A stretch of DNA of 54,880 bases from a virus (taxonomy: Duplodnaviria; Caudoviricetes), in the IMG/VR virus record IMGVR_UViG_3300032323_001970, positions 1-54,880 of that record. One strand, given 5' to 3'. Of the stretch, positions 1 through 7,669 are shown one piece after another. Each line of letters starts with the position of its first letter. The first letter of the stretch is position 1. The position numbers and the translations under genes are program-made. A model generated the notes under the pieces. It worked only from the letters and a program-made list of their open reading frames with translations, was not told where the DNA came from and made no database searches.

Positions 1-135
1 GAGGAAGGCAATCCTGTCTACCAAGGCATCGACACCAGCTTCTTGGTGGCAACCCTCACCGCTGCAATCAAGGAGCAGCAAGCCCTCATCGAATCCCTGA
101 CCGCCCGTGTGGCACAACTTGAATCCAACCCCTGA
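1..135 (+). CDS. 3' end of tail fibre with intramolecular chaperone (peptidase S74-like) C-terminal coiled coil, partial
   Basis: Frame 1 reads EEGNPVYQGIDTSFLVATLTAAIKEQQALIESLTARVAQLESNP*, typical of S74 chaperone C-termini; probably the continuation of the gene starting at 52953. Confidence 0.75.
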   Translation, partial: EEGNPVYQGIDTSFLVATLTAAIKEQQALIESLTARVAQLESNP

Positions 136-146
136 AAGGAAAAACC

Positions 147-473
147 ATGTCTGCAACTATCACTTGGACCGTCACCGCAATGGACTGCTACCCGCAAGAG
201 GATGGCAATACGGACGTTGTGTTCACCGTGCATTGGACCTGCGCTGGCGTGCAAGACGCCTACTCTGCATCGGTGTACAGCACCTGTGCTGTCCCGGCTC
301 CGGCTACGGGCGCTCCGTTCACCCCCTACGAGGACCTCACGCAGAACCAAGTGCTGGGCTGGATTTGGGCCAACGGCGTGGACCAGACGGCTACTGAGGC
401 CGCTGTGCAGCAGCAGATCGACAACCAAATCAACCCTCCGGTTGTTACGCCTCCCCTGCCCTGGGCGGCATAA
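147..473 (+). CDS. tail-fibre-associated hypothetical protein
   Basis: 108 aa ORF with AAAGGA RBS; directly follows the fibre gene; ends PPLPWAA. Confidence 0.7.
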   Translation: MSATITWTVTAMDCYPQEDGNTDVVFTVHWTCAGVQDAYSASVYSTCAVPAPATGAPFTPYEDLTQNQVLGWIWANGVDQTATEAAVQQQIDNQINPPVVTPPLPWAA

Positions 474-485
474 TTTTAACGGGAA

Positions 486-512
486 GCCACCACCCGCTTT
501 TGGTGGCATTTT
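486..512 (+). terminator. hairpin, possible weak terminator
   Basis: GCCACCA-N8-TGGTGGC followed by ATTTT. Confidence 0.35.
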
Positions 513-526
513 GAAAAGGAAACATC

Positions 527-751
527 ATGGGAAACGAAAAAAAGACCCCTGTGAGTGTGAACGGCGTCGAGTACTTTTTTGAAGACCTGACTCAAGAGCA
601 GCAGACTCTCTTCAATCATGCAGTCGATTTGGATCGCAAACTGGCCTCTGCCCGTTTCAACGTTGACCAGCTGCAAGTTGGTCGCAATGCCTTTGGCAAC
701 ATGTTGGAAGCATCTTTGGCCGCAAAACCTGAAGAGCAAAAAGCGGAGTAA
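527..751 (+). CDS. hypothetical coiled-coil phage protein
   Basis: 74 aa ORF, AAAGGA RBS. Confidence 0.7.
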   Translation: MGNEKKTPVSVNGVEYFFEDLTQEQQTLFNHAVDLDRKLASARFNVDQLQVGRNAFGNMLEASLAAKPEEQKAE

Positions 752-753
752 AA

Positions 754-966
754 ATGAGCGCGGACATCGACCCAGTCAAGTACGGAGTGCTATGGCAAAA
801 AGTTCAAGACCTTGACAAAAAGGTTGACAAACTTGAAGCCGGCATGGACGAACTATTGGCCCTTGCTAACAAAGGTCGTGGAGGTTTTTGGGCCGGCATG
901 GCATTGGTGTCCGCGCTCTCGTCTGCTGTCGGCTACTTCTCGCACTGGTTTCACGGAGGCAAGTGA
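754..966 (+). CDS. small membrane protein of lysis region (holin-like)
   Basis: N-terminal coiled coil then a single hydrophobic segment GFWAGMALVSALSSAVGYF. Confidence 0.6.
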   Translation: MSADIDPVKYGVLWQKVQDLDKKVDKLEAGMDELLALANKGRGGFWAGMALVSALSSAVGYFSHWFHGGK

Positions 967-1235
967 TGAACTGGTCAGACGTACTAAAAGCAGTCATCCC
1001 CGTCATCGTTGCTTCTCTTGCTTGGCTCTTGGGGCAGGTAGCTGACTTTTCTAATCGCCTGACCAAGATTGAAGGCTCTATGCCCGCCCTTATCACTAAA
1101 GAAGGCATCCCAACAGACAGCCCTATTTCTGCTGAACGAAGAGCCGTTATGAAAGAGCAACTAATGCATCACATCAACGAGTTGCAGGTTAAAGTCAGGC
1201 TGCTTGAAGAACGCGAAAGGATGGTCAAAAAATGA
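966..1235 (+). CDS. membrane-anchored protein (holin/spanin-like)
   Basis: Starts MNWSDVLKAVIPVIVASLAWLLG (TM) at a TGATG overlap; C-terminal coiled coil. Confidence 0.6.
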   Translation: MNWSDVLKAVIPVIVASLAWLLGQVADFSNRLTKIEGSMPALITKEGIPTDSPISAERRAVMKEQLMHHINELQVKVRLLEERERMVKK

Positions 1236-1750
1236 TACCAATTGTCGCGTCACTGTTGGGGACCCTTGCCGAAAACGGCTTGGGTCTTTTGTCGTCTGCA
1301 ATTCAAGCAAAAGGCAAGCAAGTTGTTGAGAACGCCCTGGGTGTCAAGATCAGCGACAATCCTGGCCCTGAAGAAGTGTCAAAGCTGCGCCAGCTGCAGT
1401 ATGACCATGAAGAACGCTTGCTTGAACTGGGCATTGAAAAAGCCAAGATTGAACAAGAAGAATTGAAAGCCTTGTTGGCTGCCCAAGCCAATCAGGAGGA
1501 CAATGTCAGCAAGCGCTGGCAGGCCGACATGGCTTCCGATTCTTGGTTGTCAAAGAATGTGCGTCCAGGCACCCTTGTTTATCTGTTGACCGCCTACTTG
1601 ATCTTTGCGCTGCTTGATGGCGCGGGGTACAAGATCAGCGAATCTTACGTTTCCTTGCTGGGCCAATGGGGCATGCTGGTCATGACCGCTTACTTTGGCG
1701 GGCGCACGGTCGAGAAGGTCATGGAGATGCGCAGGAAGGACAAAGAATGA
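1232..1750 (+). CDS. holin, 3TM (GTA-type) family
   Basis: SDSWLSKNVRP, two C-terminal TM segments and AYFGGRTVEK; adjacent to endolysin. Confidence 0.75.
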   Translation: MIPIVASLLGTLAENGLGLLSSAIQAKGKQVVENALGVKISDNPGPEEVSKLRQLQYDHEERLLELGIEKAKIEQEELKALLAAQANQEDNVSKRWQADMASDSWLSKNVRPGTLVYLLTAYLIFALLDGAGYKISESYVSLLGQWGMLVMTAYFGGRTVEKVMEMRRKDKE

Positions 1751-2085
1751 GCCTCGCACAAGAACAAGCTGCATTCTTGCTGGACCTTTGCAAGCTGGTT
1801 CAGCATGCTACTGAGCAGGGCTGGATGGTCACAGGAGGTGAACTGGCCAGGACTCCTGAGCAACAAGCCATCTACTTTAAGACCGGCCGCAGCAAGACTA
1901 TGAACTCGATTCATTTGAAGCGCTGCGCCGCTGATTTGAACTTTTTCAAAGATGGCAAGATCATTTGGGACAAGGAAATGCTTGCCCCCTTGGGCGCCTA
2001 CTGGGAAGGCTTGCACCCTAAAAATCGTTGGGGCGGGAACTTTAAGAGCCTGGTGGACTGCCCCCACTTCGAGAGGAATGTGTAA
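1747..2085 (+). CDS. endolysin, M15 family (L-Ala-D-Glu-type) peptidase
   Basis: RTPEQQ, SIHLKRCAADL (His/Asp Zn ligands), RWGGNF, DCPHFE. Confidence 0.85.
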   Translation: MSLAQEQAAFLLDLCKLVQHATEQGWMVTGGELARTPEQQAIYFKTGRSKTMNSIHLKRCAADLNFFKDGKIIWDKEMLAPLGAYWEGLHPKNRWGGNFKSLVDCPHFERNV

Positions 2086-2738
2086 TGCCACAGGCAATGA
2101 CCTTTGCGTCGCTTCAAAACGACGTCCGCAGTTACCTGGAACGTGGAGCGTCTGCTGTCACTGACCCTTTGGTCTACGCGCAAATTCCGAGCCTGATCAA
2201 CTTTGCAGAGCGTCGCATCAGCCGTGACCTTAAGATTCAGGGCTTTCAGACCGTTGTGGTGACGAATCTGCAAACCGGTGTTGCCGTGCTTGCTAAGCCA
2301 GACCGCTGGCGCGAGACTATCTCGATGAACATCGGAACAGGTACAGGCAACAATACCCGCGTCCAACTATTCTCAAGGGCCTACGAGTATGTGAGAAGCT
2401 ACTGGCCCAATGATACCTTGGTGGATGAGCCTGTGTTTTACGCAGACTACAACTACACAAATTGGATCATTGCTCCTACGCCAGATGCAGCTTACCCGAT
2501 AGAGATCCTGTACTACGAGCTGCCAGTCCTGCTGGATGAAAACACCCAGACCAACTGGCTCACCCAGTACGCTCCCAACTTGCTGCTTTACGCGACCCTG
2601 CTGGAAGCCACTCCATTCTTGAAAAACGACGAACGCATCCCTGTCTGGCAAGGCATGTACGCATCAGCCGCCCAAGCGCTGCAAGGTGAAGACATGAGCA
2701 AGATCTTGGACCGCGGTGCCGTAAGAAACGAGGCCTAA
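2085..2738 (+). CDS. head-tail adaptor-like virion protein
   Basis: 217 aa; PSLINFAERRI..., PTPD..Y, NWL..YAPNLLLYATLLEA..FLKNDER pattern of podophage adaptors. Confidence 0.65.
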   Translation: MPQAMTFASLQNDVRSYLERGASAVTDPLVYAQIPSLINFAERRISRDLKIQGFQTVVVTNLQTGVAVLAKPDRWRETISMNIGTGTGNNTRVQLFSRAYEYVRSYWPNDTLVDEPVFYADYNYTNWIIAPTPDAAYPIEILYYELPVLLDENTQTNWLTQYAPNLLLYATLLEATPFLKNDERIPVWQGMYASAAQALQGEDMSKILDRGAVRNEA

Positions 2739-2739
2739 T

Positions 2740-3930
2740 ATGACCACTTACACCAACATCTTTGGGGGCAGCAACATCTCTCCTGCAGAGATCAGCTACG
2801 CCGCAGTAAGCCTTACGGCCAACACGACTTTTGACTGGGCGCTTGAGACCGCTCCTTCGACGAACCTGATTGCCGGCATCATGGATGTTACGGCAACAGC
2901 AGGTCCTTGGAGCCTGACTTTGCCAAGCGCTCTTGAGGCATCAACTGGCCAAGCTATCCTGTTTAACAACGTTGGCTCCAATTCCTTTATCATTAGGAAC
3001 GCTGCCGGAGTACAAGTAGCTGCCCCTGCTGCAGGCCAAGTTTGGCAGATCTACCTGACCAACAACACAACTGCAGGCGGCACCTGGCTTGCATTCCAGT
3101 TTGGCGCAGCCCTGTCCACAGCAAATGCCGCGTCTCTAGCAGGGACGGGCTTAATTGCCATTGGCTCCCTTTTGTCGCTGGCCATGCCTGTTACGTTCTT
3201 CGGAAGTAGCTTCACGGCTGGTGTTGACACTCGCGCAAGGACCTTGATTTGGAACGGGGGCGCGGGCACCTTGACCATGGCTACAGCAGGCACCCTTGGC
3301 GACAACTGGTTTTTCCAGCTTCGCAACGAGGGCACGGGCGCCTTGCTGGTTGATCCTCCTGGTTCTCAGACCATCAACGGTTTGTCAACCTTGACTTTTC
3401 AACCGGGCGATTCTGCCATCATTTTTACGGATGGTTTGAACTTCTACACGATTGGCTACGGTCAATCACCCGTTTTTGCGTTTGACTACACGTCAATCAA
3501 CGTAGCGGGATCGGGCAACTATGTGTTGTCGGGCAGCGAACTGAACCGCATTGCTTACAACTTTACCGGGGTCTTGACCGGCAACCGTACGATCATCGTG
3601 CCGCAGACGGTCCAGCAATACTGGGTTGCTAACAATACGACTGGTCCATACACCCTGACTATCAAGACGTCGATTGCCTCGGGTTACACGATCAACCAAG
3701 GCTCGCGGGCCATCTTGTACTCTGACGGCACCAACGTAGTTGCTGCGGATACTGGTGGCGTGGCTGTTCCAATTAGCGTGTCTGACGGCGGCACTGGCGC
3801 CACGACTGCAGGTAACGCGCTCATCAACCTGGGTGGTACGGCAACGGGTATTGCGATCTTTACGGCCGCTTCCCAAGCAGCCGCCCAAGTGGCGATCGGT
3901 TTGGATCCAATTCAAGGCGGAACCTACTAA
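2740..3930 (+). CDS. tail/virion structural protein
   Basis: 396 aa G/T/A-rich beta-strand protein with GGTGATTA motif; ends IQGGTY. Confidence 0.7.
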   Translation: MTTYTNIFGGSNISPAEISYAAVSLTANTTFDWALETAPSTNLIAGIMDVTATAGPWSLTLPSALEASTGQAILFNNVGSNSFIIRNAAGVQVAAPAAGQVWQIYLTNNTTAGGTWLAFQFGAALSTANAASLAGTGLIAIGSLLSLAMPVTFFGSSFTAGVDTRARTLIWNGGAGTLTMATAGTLGDNWFFQLRNEGTGALLVDPPGSQTINGLSTLTFQPGDSAIIFTDGLNFYTIGYGQSPVFAFDYTSINVAGSGNYVLSGSELNRIAYNFTGVLTGNRTIIVPQTVQQYWVANNTTGPYTLTIKTSIASGYTINQGSRAILYSDGTNVVAADTGGVAVPISVSDGGTGATTAGNALINLGGTATGIAIFTAASQAAAQVAIGLDPIQGGTY

Positions 3931-5576
3931 TGGCAACCACCCCGGTCATCATCAAGTCGTTGCCGGGTATCAAGCGAGATGGTACCAGGTTCGAGGGAGA
4001 CTACCACGTTGACGGACAATGGGTCCGTTGGCAGCGTGGCCTTCCTCGCAAGGTAGGCGGATATTCCGTTGTCAACCGCTACCTGACCGAGATCAGCCGT
4101 GGCGTAAAGACTTTCACCGAAAATAGCCAGACCTACTTTCACTCTGGAAGTGCCAACTTCCTAGAGAGATTTACCCTGGACCCCAGTGGCAATTCGAGCC
4201 TGATCACGGATCGCACCCCGATCACCTACAACGCCAACGACGACAATCTTTGGCAGTTTGACGTGATCTATGACACGCAGTCAATCCCGGCTGCAAACAT
4301 GCTCGTGGCTCAGGTCGCTCCAAACGCCAATTGCCTCTGCAATACGGGCGGTGGCCAATTGTTCATTGGCTCCATGACCGGAGCTGATCGCCTGACTGAA
4401 GTCACAACGTTTCCGGCTGGCGTGAGCGTGACGGGCGGCGTGGTGTCCCTGCATCCTTATCTGATGTATTTCGGCAATGACGGCACGATTGGATGGTCGG
4501 TGGCCGGAGCCCCAACAAACCTGACGGGCGTAGGATCAGGGAATGCGCGCGTAGCAGGTCAAAAGATCGTTCGTGGTCTTCCCCTTAGGGGCGGTCCAGG
4601 AAACGCGCCAGCGGGCCTCTTTTGGAGCGCAGACGCTGTTATCCGGGCCTCCTTTGTAGGTGGCCAGGAAGTCTTTCAGTTTGACACAATTAGCCCGTAT
4701 TCCAGCATCCTGTCTGCCAATTCCGTTATCGAGTACGACGGCCAGTACTTCTGGCTGGGAACAGACCGGATGCTGATGTTCAACGGCGTGGTCCGCGAGA
4801 TCCCCAACAACCTGAACATCAACTACTTCTATGACGGCTTGAACCGTGAAGCCGCCCAGCGAGTTTGGGCATTCAAGGTTCCCCGGTACGGCGAGATCTG
4901 GTGGTGCTACCCGAGGGGCAACGCTACCGAGTGCACTCACGCCATCATCTACAACATTCGCGAAAACACCTGGTACGACACCGAGCTGCCTAATGGCGGC
5001 AGGACTGCGGGCGAATGGTCTCCCCTGTATGCTGCTCCGCTTTTGTGCGGCATCCAACAATCTACCTTTATCGCCAACAACCGCGTGACCGAGAACGGCG
5101 ACTTGCGGATCACCCAGGACGGCGACCAGCGGATTGTGGTTCCTGAGGAAGGCTATAAGGTCTGGCAGCACGAGCGCGGAGTAAACGAGATCGACGGTCA
5201 GTTCATCACGGCGGTTCCGTCGTTCTTCGAGACGGCCGACATGAGCTACGTGGCAGCTCCCGGAAACGCCCGCGACAAATATATCCGGGTCGAGTTCCTT
5301 GAGCCTGACTTTGTCCAGTCTGGCAACATGACCGTCCAACTGACCGGAAGGGCCAATGCCAAGTCCCTGGAAGTCAACGGACCAGAGCGCGTGATTTTTG
5401 CAAACCCGTCCACTCCTTACGAGCAAGTGGTCTTTTTCAAGGAAGAACGGCGCGAACTGCGGTTTAAGTTTGGCTCAAACACCATCAACGGCGACTACCA
5501 GATGGGCCAGGTCATTGCCCACCTTGGCGAAGCCGATGGAACCGTGCTCGGCGGCCTCAAAGAAAGTTCCACGTGA
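3930..5576 (+). CDS. tail nozzle / stabilisation protein (T7 gp12 / P22 gp10-like)
   Basis: 548 aa; PGIKRDGT start, WVRWQRGLPRKVGG, EIWWCYP, IYNIRENTWY, propeller-like pattern; synteny. Confidence 0.7.
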   Translation: MATTPVIIKSLPGIKRDGTRFEGDYHVDGQWVRWQRGLPRKVGGYSVVNRYLTEISRGVKTFTENSQTYFHSGSANFLERFTLDPSGNSSLITDRTPITYNANDDNLWQFDVIYDTQSIPAANMLVAQVAPNANCLCNTGGGQLFIGSMTGADRLTEVTTFPAGVSVTGGVVSLHPYLMYFGNDGTIGWSVAGAPTNLTGVGSGNARVAGQKIVRGLPLRGGPGNAPAGLFWSADAVIRASFVGGQEVFQFDTISPYSSILSANSVIEYDGQYFWLGTDRMLMFNGVVREIPNNLNINYFYDGLNREAAQRVWAFKVPRYGEIWWCYPRGNATECTHAIIYNIRENTWYDTELPNGGRTAGEWSPLYAAPLLCGIQQSTFIANNRVTENGDLRITQDGDQRIVVPEEGYKVWQHERGVNEIDGQFITAVPSFFETADMSYVAAPGNARDKYIRVEFLEPDFVQSGNMTVQLTGRANAKSLEVNGPERVIFANPSTPYEQVVFFKEERRELRFKFGSNTINGDYQMGQVIAHLGEADGTVLGGLKESST

Positions 5577-5800
5577 TCACGCAGCCCGTTATAATTGGTT
5601 TGCGCGATTGGGCCGACCAGATCGTTATGGACCTGTCCACCTATGGCGCACTCGCAAGGCTAGACGATGAAGACAAGTGGCAAGAATGGGCACTGCAATT
5701 CTGCGTTATCTCGGGATTGAGCCAGAAAAACATTCCAGATCCATTTGACTTTGCTGACTGGCGCAGTTGGGCGCAACGCTTCGTACAAATGGTGGACTAA
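5573..5800 (+). CDS. hypothetical Trp-rich protein
   Basis: 75 aa; GTGA and TAATG overlaps couple it to both neighbours. Confidence 0.65.
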   Translation: MITQPVIIGLRDWADQIVMDLSTYGALARLDDEDKWQEWALQFCVISGLSQKNIPDPFDFADWRSWAQRFVQMVD

Positions 5801-6090
5801 TGACCGATCAAGAATTTATTCAGCTACTGAATGACGTAGCTAAAAAAGCCAAGCCGTTTAACCGCGAGCTTAAACAAATTGACTCCATGGACATGGTCCT
5901 TAAGGAGACTGGCCTAGACAGCCTAGACATGCTGATGTGCACCGTCTATCTGTGCGAAATCTACAACGTAGAAGATGAAAAAAGCAAGGAAATGCAGGGC
6001 GAGACCCCGCAAGACCTGTTTAATTTCTTGAAGGAATGGGGGCGCAGACAGCCCACTGACCTGGCCCAGGCCAAGGAGTGGTTTGTATGA
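5800..6090 (+). CDS. acyl carrier protein
   Basis: 96 aa acidic protein with GLDSLD phosphopantetheine attachment motif; next to a ketosynthase. Confidence 0.8.
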   Translation: MTDQEFIQLLNDVAKKAKPFNRELKQIDSMDMVLKETGLDSLDMLMCTVYLCEIYNVEDEKSKEMQGETPQDLFNFLKEWGRRQPTDLAQAKEWFV

Positions 6091-7208
6091 GAATCTTCCT
6101 CACCGAAAGCCGCACTGCGTGCACTGAGGACACGATTCTCTTCGAGAACCATACTTTTCCCCAAAAAGTCCACCTGTTTCCAGAGACCTATAACCGGGTC
6201 AAGACAGGCCTGGTCAATCCGGCTCACCAAGTAGCCGAAAAAGTCTTAGATCCTGACCTTCTGAAGCGCCTTCGGGAGACCCAGACCGGCAAGACTGCCT
6301 TCCTCCTGGCCGCTGGAAACAGCAATTTTGCCAACGAAGGCTCCAAGCTCAACCGCGAGAATGAATGGACCTACAACTACAAGGTCCTTCCGCTGTCCCT
6401 GACCCAGATCTATGCCGGTCGGGTTGCCGCGCAGTGCGGAGAAATTGACCACACGGCTACGGATGCTACCGCCTGTACTTCTAGCCTCAAGGTCTTGATG
6501 GACGTCCAAACCCTCATCAAGTTCTACGGCTTCGACCGGGTCATCGTACTGGCCGTCGAGGACCAGGTGAACAACATGACCCTCCAGTTCTTTGGAGAAG
6601 CCAAGGCGACTTTGACAGAAAGCATGGCCGAGGCTCACCAGGTGAGCCCCAGTGCATTCGATTCCAAGAACTTTGGGTTTTATATAGGTCAAGGCGCCGT
6701 GTTGGCCGTATTTGAGTCAGAAGAAGCCGTAAGGCGCGGCACTTTTCCTGCTAGGGCAGAACTTGTGTCGGCCTGGACGGCAACCGAAGTGGCTACAAAT
6801 GCTATCGGTCAACGAGAAGACGGGCAAGGGTTTAGACGAGCCATCGAGGGCGCGCTGAAACTTTGTCAAGTTTCTTCAGAACAAATTAAAATCGTGAAAA
6901 CTCATGGCACCGGTACCCGGTCTAACAATGATGCCGAAAAGGCGGCTTTGGAAAGGTGCTTGAGTGGGTTTGTAGCGACATCGTATAAGCAACGAATCGG
7001 CCATACGATGGGAGCGAGCGGACTGTTAGAGACCCTCTTGCTGTTCAATGATTTAGAAAAGGGAACTGTCCCTGGGATCTTGAATCGGACTGAAGAGGAT
7101 CATGTGTTCCTCTCTGAAGCGGTTGAAGCACCTAAAGGGATGGTGTTAAGCTTGAGTGCTGGCATGGGCAACGTGTTCAGTGCTGCGCTTTTCAACATGA
7201 GGATCTAA
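6087..7208 (+). CDS. beta-ketoacyl-ACP synthase (FabB/FabF-like)
   Basis: Catalytic Cys-His-His motifs ATACTSS, KTHGTGT, KQRIGHTMGASG; C-terminal SLSAGMG. Confidence 0.9.
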   Translation: MRIFLTESRTACTEDTILFENHTFPQKVHLFPETYNRVKTGLVNPAHQVAEKVLDPDLLKRLRETQTGKTAFLLAAGNSNFANEGSKLNRENEWTYNYKVLPLSLTQIYAGRVAAQCGEIDHTATDATACTSSLKVLMDVQTLIKFYGFDRVIVLAVEDQVNNMTLQFFGEAKATLTESMAEAHQVSPSAFDSKNFGFYIGQGAVLAVFESEEAVRRGTFPARAELVSAWTATEVATNAIGQREDGQGFRRAIEGALKLCQVSSEQIKIVKTHGTGTRSNNDAEKAALERCLSGFVATSYKQRIGHTMGASGLLETLLLFNDLEKGTVPGILNRTEEDHVFLSEAVEAPKGMVLSLSAGMGNVFSAALFNMRI

Positions 7209-7210
7209 CT

Positions 7211-7669
7211 ATGCCGCTCGTAGACAGCAGACAACAAATGCTTGACCTTGGCGAGCTACTGAAGGTAGCAGCTGAGAACACAAAATCCGAGTACCCGATG
7301 GAATTCGTGTACGCCACCTTTGTCAAGGAGGTGCAGATGCCGGACAGCAAGTTCTACCGCTACGGCAACACTGTCTACGTCGTGCATGGTTCGGAAAAAA
7401 CTCCTCGCAAGGGCATGTTTAGAGCACTGAACGCAGACACCGCCCCAAATTTTCTAGCTTCAGGTTTTGCTTTTGTCGTCGACGCCTACAAGGCCGGTTT
7501 CGACACGCTGGTCACCCAGTTCAGTGACCAAAGCCTGTTGAACATCTTCCGCAACGTTGCAAAGAACCCGCCAAACCCTGGCATGGGCTACAACGTCACC
7601 ATGCTGGCCGATGGCCAATACCAGGTGGCTTTGCAACTCGGACAAAAACGTGAAGGAGCACGGCAATGA
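7211..7669 (+). CDS. hypothetical protein, possibly GNAT-like (T7 gp13-like position)
   Basis: 152 aa alpha/beta pattern; lies between nozzle region and internal proteins; fold is inference only. Confidence 0.55.
   Translation: MPLVDSRQQMLDLGELLKVAAENTKSEYPMEFVYATFVKEVQMPDSKFYRYGNTVYVVHGSEKTPRKGMFRALNADTAPNFLASGFAFVVDAYKAGFDTLVTQFSDQSLLNIFRNVAKNPPNPGMGYNVTMLADGQYQVALQLGQKREGARQ

Noticed and set aside
5800-7208. ACP/KS as host contamination or a complete PKS/fatty-acid cluster
   Set aside because: The genes overlap flanking phage genes in one operon, and no other biosynthetic-cluster genes are present
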